In this document: positions 19,669-28,344 of the stretch, in pieces | Numbering within the stretch: position 1 is the stretch's first letter | How the letters are laid out: each line of letters opens with the position of its first letter | Source of the DNA: Nitrospirota bacterium | GTDB lineage: Bacteria > Nitrospirota > Thermodesulfovibrionia > Thermodesulfovibrionales > Dissulfurispiraceae | Direction: 5' to 3' | DNA: 30,235 bases | NCBI GenBank assembly: GCA_040754455.1 | Contig: JBFMCP010000037.1 | Span: forward strand, 1-30,235 | Notes under the pieces: generated by a model | The model's database searches: none | The model's input: the letters and a program-made list of their open reading frames with translations, nothing else | Told to the model about the DNA's origin: nothing | Made by a program: the position numbers and the translations under genes

Positions 19669-21717
19669 TGGTTTTGTCTTTTCCGGTGAACTCGGTATGG
19701 TTATGGTAAAGGTAGTCCCCTTGCCTGGTTCGCTCTCAACGGTTAATGTCCCGTTCATTTTCTTTACAATATTATAGCTTACGGCGAGACCGAGACCGGT
19801 CCCTTTCTCCTTGGTGGTATAGAAGGGGTCGAAGATCTTGTTGAGATCCTCCTTCGGGATGCCGGTGCCGGTGTCCTCGAATTGTATGATGATATTGCCC
19901 TCTCTCGTCATGCTCCGCACGGTCAGCGTGCCGCCTCCAGGCATGGCGTCCATGGCGTTCAATGTCAGATTAACGAACACCTGGGACAGCTGATTGCAAT
20001 CAAGAATTGCTTCAGGCAGTGAAGGAGAGAGGTCCCTTACAATAACGGTGTTCTTCGCCTTTTTATCATACTGGATAAGGTTGATTGAGGTCTCTATTAC
20101 CTCGTTGATGTTGCATTGTCTTGCCTCTCCTGCCGGCATTTTTGAGAAGCCCGAGAGTTGTTTCAATATATCGGAGATCCTGTTGATGTGGAAGTAAATG
20201 GTTTCGAGGCTCTCTTTCTTGAACGGGTCTTCCTCCATCTCCCTGAGTATCTGGGCAAAGGAAAAAATGGAGGTAAGGGGGTTACCGATTTCATGGGCGA
20301 TGCCCGCGGCGAGCCTCCCGATGGAGGCGAGCTTCTCTGAGTGGATGATCTGCTCCTCCATTTTTTTTATTTCGGTAATGTCCTGTATCAGCCGGATATA
20401 ACCGTGTACCTCGCCGTCTTCGCCCTTCACCGGAGCGGTAGTAATCTGAAAGTAGTTATCTTTCAAACCGAAGAGATTGGAGACGATCACCGTTTCGGTG
20501 CCATCGCCTCCGTAGGGCTCGGAAAAGCTGCAGTCCCGGCAGACCTCTTCGCAGGTCTTCCCGACGAGGTCAGTACCCGCCATCTCTTTGATCATCTGGT
20601 TCGCCCACTGGATTCTCCCCTCCTTGTTGATCAGGACAATGCCGCTGCCGATGGCGCTGACGATGGTATTCAGCTTTTCCTTCTCGCTCGCGAGTTCGGC
20701 AGTGCGCTCATTGACCCTCTCTTCGAGTTCGACGGCATAGCGCTCGAGCTCCTCTTTCCGCCGTGCCACACTTTGAGCGGTGATCCTCTTTTTGTTCATA
20801 ACAATAAGCATGGTAGCAACGATGCTCGTTGTCAAAAAGATGGAGATGATCAGGTAGGAGTAAATCTCCATGCTGCGCCTGGTCGCATGGGTCACTTCGG
20901 AATAGGGTGACGAGATGGCGATGACCCACGAGAGATTGTCGATCTGCGCCGTGGAAAAAGCGATGATTTTGTCTTCGCCGGAAGGAGCGATATACCTCCC
21001 GTAGCTGTCCGTTTTCCCCTCGATAATCTTTTTTTCGAGATCGAAACTCATGTGGCATTTGAAGCAGGTCGCATCCGCTTTGTAGAGGTTTCTTCCCACC
21101 ATCCCGGGTTGGGAGGGATGGTAGAGGAGATTGCCGTCCTTGTCCATCATCCATGCATAGCCCCTGCTGCCTGATTTTATGCTGCTCACAAAGTTCCTGG
21201 CCATATCGTCGATTTTGGTCCACAGGAAGAGAATGTGCCCGGATTTGCCCTGACGCACAACGGGCGCGATGACATAGAGCACCGACGTTGTTTCTATCAA
21301 ATAGGTGCTGTTGGGCCCCAGTGTCTTTGCCCGCTGGAGCATTTCGGGGATAAGGGGAGTGATGACCGCATCATCCCCCTGATGAAAGAGTATCTCACCC
21401 TGCGCAGAGATGAGCCCGAGGTTGGCGGTTGTGAGCTCATGGTAGCTCTCCCTGATCTTGTTTTTCAGGGCTTCGATATCCCTTTTGTTCCTGATGTCCA
21501 TGCCGGAGATAATATGGGAGAGCAGGAGGAGCTCTCCTTTTTCGTGGTTTATATGGGATCGGATATTGTCGGCAATAGAGCGGGAGAGCAGCAGCTGCTG
21601 GCGATTGAACTGTTCGGCGATTTCCATCTGGAGCGACTGCTGGAAGAAGATATTGAGCGTAATGAGGCCGGAAATAACGATAATGAGAGTGCCGATTATG
21701 AACAGATAGCCTTTCAT
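19666..21717 (-). CDS. Sensor histidine kinase: TM, Cache-type domain with CXXCH, TM, PAS, HisKA, HATPase_c
   Basis: GYAWMMDKDGNLLYHP Cache motif followed by CFKCH; EKLASIGRLAAGIAHEIGNPL; NAMDAM, DTGTGI, IFDPFYTTK, GTGLGL. Confidence 0.95.
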   Translation of the reverse strand: MKGYLFIIGTLIIVISGLITLNIFFQQSLQMEIAEQFNRQQLLLSRSIADNIRSHINHEKGELLLLSHIISGMDIRNKRDIEALKNKIRESYHELTTANLGLISAQGEILFHQGDDAVITPLIPEMLQRAKTLGPNSTYLIETTSVLYVIAPVVRQGKSGHILFLWTKIDDMARNFVSSIKSGSRGYAWMMDKDGNLLYHPSQPGMVGRNLYKADATCFKCHMSFDLEKKIIEGKTDSYGRYIAPSGEDKIIAFSTAQIDNLSWVIAISSPYSEVTHATRRSMEIYSYLIISIFLTTSIVATMLIVMNKKRITAQSVARRKEELERYAVELEERVNERTAELASEKEKLNTIVSAIGSGIVLINKEGRIQWANQMIKEMAGTDLVGKTCEEVCRDCSFSEPYGGDGTETVIVSNLFGLKDNYFQITTAPVKGEDGEVHGYIRLIQDITEIKKMEEQIIHSEKLASIGRLAAGIAHEIGNPLTSIFSFAQILREMEEDPFKKESLETIYFHINRISDILKQLSGFSKMPAGEARQCNINEVIETSINLIQYDKKAKNTVIVRDLSPSLPEAILDCNQLSQVFVNLTLNAMDAMPGGGTLTVRSMTREGNIIIQFEDTGTGIPKEDLNKIFDPFYTTKEKGTGLGLAVSYNIVKKMNGTLTVESEPGKGTTFTITIPSSPEKTKP

Positions 21718-21723
21718 TACATT

Positions 21724-22122
21724 TTATAGTACCAGTTTGGCCTGAGCTTCGGCAATTAGAGAGCCGTCACGAGCATCAAGGAGGCGCGCAACAGCTTCTA
21801 CGAGACGGGCGCTGTTCCGTGTGAGCTCGGCCTCGACAATGGCTCTCTGAGTGTCCGTCGGAAAGGGTTTCCTGAACCGCACGGTAATCTCTGCGGTCAT
21901 CGGGGCAATCCCTGCACCAAGGGCCGCCTGTATCATCGCCTCATCCAGAACCGCTGCAATAATGCCGCCGTGGGTAAGGTTGCGGTATCCCTGATGGGTT
22001 GGGGAGGGAGCAAATTCGGCGGTTGCCTTTCCTCCCTCAGTGCGGAAGGAGAGGTGTAACCCGCAAGGGTTCTCTTCGCCGCAGACAAAGCAGTGAGGGT
22101 TGTTTTCTCGTTCACCGTTCAT
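21724..22122 (-). CDS. PaaI family thioesterase (hotdog fold)
   Basis: CFVCGEENPCGLHL, HQGY.NLTHGGIIAAVLDEAM, TAEITVRFRKP. Confidence 0.92.
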   Translation of the reverse strand: MNGERENNPHCFVCGEENPCGLHLSFRTEGGKATAEFAPSPTHQGYRNLTHGGIIAAVLDEAMIQAALGAGIAPMTAEITVRFRKPFPTDTQRAIVEAELTRNSARLVEAVARLLDARDGSLIAEAQAKLVL

Positions 22123-22216
22123 AAGTTACCGTTCACCGTTTAAGGTGTGTTTTTAATACGAGTAATATCCATTTTTTTACTATAAGTTATGAACCGTGAA
22201 CTATGAACAGTGAACG
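22109..22216. repeat. Heptamer-periodic inverted repeat (GTTCAY-type) between rho and paaI
   Basis: cgttcac cgttcat aagttac cgttcac cgtt ... atgaacc gtgaact atgaaca gtgaacg. Confidence 0.85.
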
Positions 22217-22219
22217 TTC

Positions 22220-23482
22220 TTATTTGTTCATCATCTCGAGGAATTCCCTGTTGCTCTTCGTCCCCTTAAGTTTGCTGAGCAGGAACTCCATGCTTTCCAC
22301 CGTGCTGAGCGGATTCAGCACCTTTCTCAGAATCCACATCTTGTTGAGGACATCCTTGTCCACGAGCAACTCTTCTTTTCTGGTGCCCGAAGCATTGATG
22401 TCGATGCTTGGGAAGATTCTCTTGTCCACAAGCTTGCGGTCGAGATGTATCTCCATATTGCCCGTGCCTTTGAACTCTTCGAAAATGACATCGTCCATTC
22501 TGCTGCCTGTATCGACGAGCGCTGTGGCGAGAATGGTAAGGCTGCCCCCCTCTTCGATGCTCCGTGCGGTACCAAAGAACCTCTTGGGCTTCTGCAGGGC
22601 GTTGGCATCGAGTCCGCCGGAAAGGACCTTGCCGCTGGTGGGGGTTATGGCATTATAGGCCCTCGCAAGGCGGGTGATGCTGTCGAGGAGGATGACGACA
22701 TCCTTTTTGCCTTCGACAAGACGCTTTGCCCGCTCCGTCACCATTTCGGAAACCTGGCAGTGCCGCTGCGGGGGCTCGTCAAAGGTGGAGCTTATGATCT
22801 CCGCTGTGCTCACCTGCCGCTTCCAGTCGGTGACCTCTTCAGGCCGCTCGTCGATCAGTAGGATGATGAGGTGGATTTCCTTGTGGTTCTTTTTGATCGC
22901 TTTCGCGATGGACTGGAGGAGCATCGTCTTGCCGGTCCTCGGTGCTGCAACAACGAGGCCGCGCTGTCCTTTGCCGATGGGGGTGATAAGATCCATGACC
23001 CGCATCGAAAAATCGTTCGCGTCGGTTTCGACGTTGATCTTTTCCGTCGGATAGTAAGGAGTAAGGTTGTCAAAGAGCGGCCTGCTGACGTTGTGCTCAA
23101 CCGATTCGTTATTGATGCTCTCGACCTTGAGCAGGGCAAAATACCGCTCGTTCTCTTTGGGCGGCCGTATCTGGCCCGATACGTAATCTCCTGTCCTCAA
23201 GGAAAAGCGTCTGATCTGCGATGGTGAAACATATATATCGTCAGGGCTCGGCAGGTAGCTGTAGTCCGGCGAGCGGAGGAACCCGAATCCGTCGGGCAGG
23301 ATCTCCAGGACACCGGCGCCGTAGACATTCCCCGCCTTCTCTGCCTGTGCCTGCAGGATGGCAAAGATCAGCTCCTGTTTTCTCATTCCCGTTGCGCCTT
23401 CGACATTGAGATCTTTAGCAATGCCGGCGAGTTCGTCAACAGTCTTCTCTTTCAATTCGGAAATTGAAATGTAACTTTCCAT
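22220..23482 (-). CDS. rho: Transcription termination factor Rho
   Basis: [67 protein letters not shown] 23482 after GAGGT gives 420 aa. Confidence 0.99.
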   Translation of the reverse strand: MESYISISELKEKTVDELAGIAKDLNVEGATGMRKQELIFAILQAQAEKAGNVYGAGVLEILPDGFGFLRSPDYSYLPSPDDIYVSPSQIRRFSLRTGDYVSGQIRPPKENERYFALLKVESINNESVEHNVSRPLFDNLTPYYPTEKINVETDANDFSMRVMDLITPIGKGQRGLVVAAPRTGKTMLLQSIAKAIKKNHKEIHLIILLIDERPEEVTDWKRQVSTAEIISSTFDEPPQRHCQVSEMVTERAKRLVEGKKDVVILLDSITRLARAYNAITPTSGKVLSGGLDANALQKPKRFFGTARSIEEGGSLTILATALVDTGSRMDDVIFEEFKGTGNMEIHLDRKLVDKRIFPSIDINASGTRKEELLVDKDVLNKMWILRKVLNPLSTVESMEFLLSKLKGTKSNREFLEMMNK

Positions 23483-23737
23483 TTCTTTCTTACCTCTCTG
23501 GGTTTTCATAATAAGCTCACTTCGCTAAAGAGCTGCATTGATTGTCGGGGATTCGATACTCGTTAGAAATCTGCCGAGCACTTGTTCTCTTTGCATTCGT
23601 ATGATTATTTATGATGTATCGGTGTCTTCCCGTTTAGTGAGGAATAGCAGTGAACAACATCAAGGACCCTGTTTTTTAATTCCCCGGCTTTTTATGTAAT
23701 GATCTGGGGGGAGATTAACGGGGCGAAAACAATGTTT

Positions 23738-23766
23738 ATTTTACTAAAGGGGCTATGAATTGTCAA
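23738..23766 (-). promoter_or_regulatory. Sigma70 promoter of the rho operon
   Basis: Minus strand TTGACA-17 bp-TAAAAT. Confidence 0.8.
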
Positions 23767-23851
23767 CAGCAGGGGCTGTTTTGCCAATCAAGGCGCCTTT
23801 GTCCCCGGTATCCGGGCCGTTTCCCGGTTCTGAGGCAGATACACGGTTTGC

Positions 23852-23880
23852 TTTACCTCCCCCTGGCGTTGAAGTATAAT
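23852..23880 (+). promoter_or_regulatory. Sigma70 promoter of selD
   Basis: TTTACC-17 bp-TATAAT, ending 9 nt before ATG 23890. Confidence 0.65.
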
Positions 23881-23889
23881 ATGCAGATT

Positions 23890-24900
23890 ATGAGATATAA
23901 GCTGACCGAAAAGGTAAAGGCCGCCGGCTGAGCAGGGAAAATGGGTCCGTCGGACCTGGAAGATATTCTCGCCGATATCCACTCTGCGGAAAGCCCTTCC
24001 ATTGTTGTCGGCCCCGGCGACGATGCAGGGGTCCATCTCATCAACGGTACTGCTGTCGTTGAGACCGTCGATGTCATCACGCCGGTCGTCAACGATCCTT
24101 TTACCTTCGGAGCGATAAGCGCCAACAACTCCCTGAGCGACATCTATGCTATGGGCGGCAGGCCCATGGCCGCTCTTGCCGTTGCAGGATTCCCTTCCTG
24201 TGATTACGAGCCGGCGGTCCTCAAAGATATCCTGAGGGGCGCGGTGCACTCCTTGAGGGCAGCCGGGGCAGTGCTCCTTGGCGGCCACACGTTTGATGAT
24301 GCAGAGATCAAATTTGGCCTCTCCGTTACCGGAGTTGTACAGAGGGACAGGATATTGAAGGTCTCCGGAGCGGAAGAGGGAGATATCATTGTCATTACCA
24401 AGCCGATCGGCATCGGCACGCTGACCACTGCCCTCAAGGGCGGCAAGCTGTCCGATGAAGAGCTCACGCCTGCTATACAATGGATGCTGACCCTGAACAA
24501 CACAGCATCGGAGCTGGCTCTGAGAGCGGGCGCTACCGCCTGCACCGACGTGACCGGTTTCGGACTGCTGGGCCATGCTCATAATATGGTCAGGGGCTCG
24601 GCAACTGATTTTGTGATCACACGCAGTGCAGTGCCTGTTCTCGACCGTGTGCCGCAGATGATCGATGCCGGGATGATCCCCGAAGGTGCCTACAACAACC
24701 TCAACTTCCTCGAGGGGAAAGTCTTCTTTCCGCCGGACATGAGTGAGGAGGACCGGCTGCTGCTTGCCGACCCGCAGACTTCGGGCGGACTCCTGATTAC
24801 CATGAAAGAGGAAGGAGTGCGGGTTTTTGACCAGTCTTCCCTTTTCCATGCGGTTATCGGCAGGGTCGTAAGGGGGACGGGAAGTATCATCGTTCAGTGA
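23890..24900 (+). CDS. selD: Selenide, water dikinase (selenophosphate synthetase); selenoprotein with Sec at codon 14
   Basis: MRYKLTEKVKAAG-UGA(23929-23931)-AGKMGP continues in frame into GDDAGV, ETVDVITPVVNDP, NSLSDIYAMGG, GGHT, TDVTGFGLLGH, DPQTSGGLL; alternative start ATG 23881. Confidence 0.96.
23943..23957 (+). promoter_or_regulatory. Bacterial SECIS hairpin
   Basis: GGGUCC-GUC-GGACCU; 17 nt separate the UGA from the loop, which starts with G(U). Confidence 0.7.
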
Positions 24901-26510
24901 ACGGCCACCTGATTCTTCTGCTCCATGCCCATCTTCCTTATGTGCGACATCCTGAATATGAGTACGCGCTCGAGGAGAACTGGCTCTTCGAGGCGATCCG
25001 TGAAACGTACCTCCCTCTCCTCGATACCATCGAACAGATGGTCAATGATGGGATCAGCCCCCGGCTCACCCTTTCCATAAGCCCTCCTCTCACCGAGATG
25101 CTCAATGATGACCTGCTGAAGAGGAGGTTCGTCCGCTCACTGTACCAGCTCATCGAGCTTTCTGAAGCCGAGATACGGAGGACCAGGCGGTCGGCATTCG
25201 AGCCCCTGGCCTGTCTTTATCACGCCCAATTTAAGAGGATCAAAAAGTTATATGAGGAACGCTACGGCGGTAACCTCGTGGCCGCATTCAAAAGGCTCCA
25301 GGACGATGGGCACATCGAGATCGTCACGAGTGCAGCGACCCATGCCTTTCTGCCAGCCTTTGCACAGCATCCTGACGCAGTCAGACGCCAGATTGCTCTT
25401 GGAGTCAGAAGCTATTCCCTGAATTTCGGAAGAGAGCCCGCAGGGTTCTGGCTTCCCGAGTGCGGCTATTACGATAACCTCGATGTCCTGCTGCGGGAAG
25501 CACGGATACGGTATACGTTCCTCGAATCCCACGGAGTGACGCGCGCGACACCGAGGCCGCGCCACAGCATTTACCGGCCGGTGCTGTCTTCGGCAGGGGT
25601 GTACGCCTTCGGAAGGGATTTCAGGTCCGCGCAGCAGGTGTGGTGTGCAACGCGGGGATATCCGGGAGATCCCTTCTATCGCGACTTTTACCGGGATATC
25701 GGGTTCGATCTGTCCGGTGCGTATATAAGCTCATTCACCCGTTTACAGGGAATAAGAACATTCACCGGCATCAAATATCACCGTGTGACCGGCAGAACGG
25801 AGAGAAAGCTTCCCTATGATCGAGCAAAGGGCATTGAGAGGGCGGCCGCACATGCCCTGCATTTCGTGCGCGAGCGGGCATCGGAGGTGCGCAAGCTCTC
25901 TTCCTTCGGTGTGCGGCCGGTGCTGGTCGCTGCCTTCGATGCCGAACTCTTCGGCCACTGGTGGTACGAGGGGGTGATCTGGCTCGATAGCGTCCTGCGG
26001 AACGCCGCTGAACGTACGTTGCCTTTTTGCAGCACTACGCCCGGCGCATATCTGGACGCCCATCCTCCTGCCGGTGGGCCTCCTGTCCGCCTTGCTCCTT
26101 CAAGCTGGGGGGAAGGCGGCTTCAATGCGCTCTGGATCGGCAGGCACAATCGCTCTCTTTACCGCCATCTTCATGCCATGGCGGAGCGGATGGAGGTGCT
26201 CGAAGGGCACGCGCGCGAAGTGCGGCATAAAAGCCGGGGAAACGCGAAGGAGAGCAAACGCATGCACCTGATCCGTCGGGCCGTTCGCCAGGCAATGAGA
26301 GAGATGTTGCTCGCGCAATCGAGCGATTGGCTTTTTCTGATGGAGAAGGGAAGGTCTGCTGAATACGCCGAGCGCAGGATAATGCGCCATATCGAGCGGT
26401 TCAATCAGCTCTTTTCGATGGTGCAGGAGAACGCCATCAATGAATCGTGGCTTAAGGAGGTGGAGTCGTCAGACCGTATTTTCCCCTGGTTGGACAATGC
26501 TGAGGTATGA
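24897..26510 (+). CDS. GH57 1,4-alpha-glucan branching enzyme (DUF1957 C-terminal domain)
   Basis: LHAHLPYVRHP, EENWLFEAIRETYLPLL, ATHAFLP, GFWLPECGY (nucleophile Glu), FDAELFGHWWYEG (acid/base Asp), AQSSDW; GTG overlaps the selD TGA. Confidence 0.94.
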   Translation: MNGHLILLLHAHLPYVRHPEYEYALEENWLFEAIRETYLPLLDTIEQMVNDGISPRLTLSISPPLTEMLNDDLLKRRFVRSLYQLIELSEAEIRRTRRSAFEPLACLYHAQFKRIKKLYEERYGGNLVAAFKRLQDDGHIEIVTSAATHAFLPAFAQHPDAVRRQIALGVRSYSLNFGREPAGFWLPECGYYDNLDVLLREARIRYTFLESHGVTRATPRPRHSIYRPVLSSAGVYAFGRDFRSAQQVWCATRGYPGDPFYRDFYRDIGFDLSGAYISSFTRLQGIRTFTGIKYHRVTGRTERKLPYDRAKGIERAAAHALHFVRERASEVRKLSSFGVRPVLVAAFDAELFGHWWYEGVIWLDSVLRNAAERTLPFCSTTPGAYLDAHPPAGGPPVRLAPSSWGEGGFNALWIGRHNRSLYRHLHAMAERMEVLEGHAREVRHKSRGNAKESKRMHLIRRAVRQAMREMLLAQSSDWLFLMEKGRSAEYAERRIMRHIERFNQLFSMVQENAINESWLKEVESSDRIFPWLDNAEV

Positions 26511-26544
26511 GACCGACAATGAGGAGTTTGGCGCTGCCGGCGCG

Positions 26545-27474
26545 TTACTGCGCTTTTGCGTCGGACAAGAGATTATCGTAGGGGTACAACTTTACATAAG
26601 AGAGAAACTCATCAACGGCATGTGAGATGACGGCGTTCTTGGGCAGTATGAGTGAGAAGTCTCTGAGGATTTTTTCTTCCTTGGTCGCAACCGTTTTCAG
26701 GCTGCCGTACTTAAGCTCTTTCCGCGCCGCCCAGCGCGAGACAATGGATACTCCCATTCCGTTCTCAACCGCCTCTTTTATCGATTCAGTGCCACCGAGT
26801 ACCAGGGCGATGCGCATGTCACTCACTTTGATGCCGTGTGAGGAGAGATATTTCTCGATCATCTGGCGTGTTCCCGATCCCTCCTCCCTGATGATAAAGG
26901 GCTCTTTTGTTATTTCCAGGATGGAGATGATCTTTTTCTTTGCCCAGGGGTGGATCGGCGGCGTGATGAGCGTAAGTTCATCGGTAATGAGGGAATCGAC
27001 CCGTATCTTGTTCCGCGACACCTCGCCTTCGACGAGACCCAGGTCGACGACGCCCGAGTTCAGGAGGTCGAGGACCCTTTTGGTGTTTCCGATCAATACA
27101 TTGATCTTGATCTTGGGATGGGTCTTTTTAAAGTCGGCGATAACGCTCGGAAGAACATAGTTCCCTATAGTGGTGCTCGCCCCAACGGTGATGCTGCCCT
27201 TGATCAAACCTGTCAGCTTCCCGATTTCCTTTTCGAGCTCGGCATAGAGGGCAAGGATATCTTTCGAGTACCGGTAGAGAACCTCTCCTGCCTGAGTAAG
27301 ATTGATGGAGCTGCTGGAGCGGTCAAAGAGCTTTGTTTCATAGAGCTCCTCGAGCGCCTGGATCTGCAAACTCACCGCGGGTTGGGTAAGATGAATGATT
27401 TCAGAGGTCTTGGAGAAACTCTTTGTCTCTGCAACGGTGCAGAATACTTTAAGTTTATGGTCTTCCATCGCCAT
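26545..27474 (-). CDS. LysR family transcriptional regulator (CysL-like / selenium-metabolism-associated type)
   Basis: HTH SFSKTSEIIHLTQPAVSLQIQALE, GASTTIGNYVLP, REEGSGTR, ESIKEAVENGMG. Confidence 0.95.
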   Translation of the reverse strand: MAMEDHKLKVFCTVAETKSFSKTSEIIHLTQPAVSLQIQALEELYETKLFDRSSSSINLTQAGEVLYRYSKDILALYAELEKEIGKLTGLIKGSITVGASTTIGNYVLPSVIADFKKTHPKIKINVLIGNTKRVLDLLNSGVVDLGLVEGEVSRNKIRVDSLITDELTLITPPIHPWAKKKIISILEITKEPFIIREEGSGTRQMIEKYLSSHGIKVSDMRIALVLGGTESIKEAVENGMGVSIVSRWAARKELKYGSLKTVATKEEKILRDFSLILPKNAVISHAVDEFLSYVKLYPYDNLLSDAKAQ

Positions 27475-27482
27475 GACATTGT

Positions 27483-27526
27483 ATCATACCATAAAAAATA
27501 ATTATAAGTAAATAAAAAGACCTTAC
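27483..27526 (-). promoter_or_regulatory. lysR promoter overlapped by two LTTR boxes
   Basis: Minus strand TTTACT-18-TATGAT with an extended TG; ATAA-N7-TTAT at 27491-27505 and ATAA-N7-TTAC at 27512-27526, 21 bp apart. Confidence 0.7.
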
Positions 27527-27584
27527 TGTTTTTAAAAAGACGGTTACGGACATCGAGGAGGGAAGGCAGTAAAAGACCAAAGGT

Positions 27585-28316
27585 TTATTCTTTTGTCCCG
27601 GACTCCTGCGGGGAGGGCACGTAGTACAGAATCCTTCTGCATTGGGGACAGTGGATGATCTCCTCATTGCGCTTGAGCTCGACGAAGAGTTGCGGCGGGA
27701 TGTGAAGGTTGCACCCCTTGCAGACTTCGTCTTGTGCTTCGACGACAGCGAGACCGCGCGTCGACTTCAGAGTTGCGACGTACTGCTGGTAAATATCTTC
27801 GTCCAGCTTGGCGATAAACTTCTTTCGCTCTGACTTCAGCCTTTTGATCTCCCCTTCGAGCCGGTGCATCTCAGCTTCGAAGTCTTTCTTTATCGCATCG
27901 ACTCTCGCCTTTTCCTGAGCGATGCGGGCCTGCTCCTCCTTGAGGAGATGTGATGCCTTTTCTAGAGCGTCCATCATGGAGAGCGATTCGTCCTCGGCGG
28001 TTTTCAGGTCTCTTTCCGCCTTTTCGATCTCCTTCAGCTGCGCCTGATACTCCTTGTTGGTTTTGATCTCCGAGGTCCGCTGCCTGAGCTTCTTTACCTT
28101 CTCGTTGAGGTCCTCGATCTCGCACTCTTTGTCCTTCTTCCTCTTTTCGAGGGCGGCAAGGTTCTGCTGTGCGCTCTCATAGGAGGACTCGGCAGCCTTC
28201 AGGGGAACTTCATGGGAAGAGAGCGCAACCGGAACGGTATCGATCTTCATTCGTGTTGCGAGAATGGTAGCATCAATATGCTGGAGCTCAATGAGAAGTT
28301 TCAACTGCTCGTTCAC
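27585..28316 (-). CDS. Coiled-coil C4-type zinc ribbon protein (DUF164/HP0958/CT398 family)
   Basis: GTG start after GGGAGG; LIELQHID, IKTNKEYQAQLKEIE, CKGCNLHIPPQ...CPQCRRILY. Confidence 0.93.
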   Translation of the reverse strand: MNEQLKLLIELQHIDATILATRMKIDTVPVALSSHEVPLKAAESSYESAQQNLAALEKRKKDKECEIEDLNEKVKKLRQRTSEIKTNKEYQAQLKEIEKAERDLKTAEDESLSMMDALEKASHLLKEEQARIAQEKARVDAIKKDFEAEMHRLEGEIKRLKSERKKFIAKLDEDIYQQYVATLKSTRGLAVVEAQDEVCKGCNLHIPPQLFVELKRNEEIIHCPQCRRILYYVPSPQESGTKE

Positions 28317-28344
28317 CGCAATCCTCCCTGCGTTTATCGAGTTA

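Noticed and set aside
18361..19689. 442-aa plus-strand ORF
   Set aside because: Antisense to the clearly conserved NtrC-family gene
23788..24849. 353-aa minus-strand ORF
   Set aside because: Antisense to selD; no motifs
23941..24900. ORF-track SelD starting at MGPSDL, or a selD pseudogene
   Set aside because: The upstream in-frame UGA aligns with the catalytic residue and has a SECIS-like hairpin, so recoding is the better explanation
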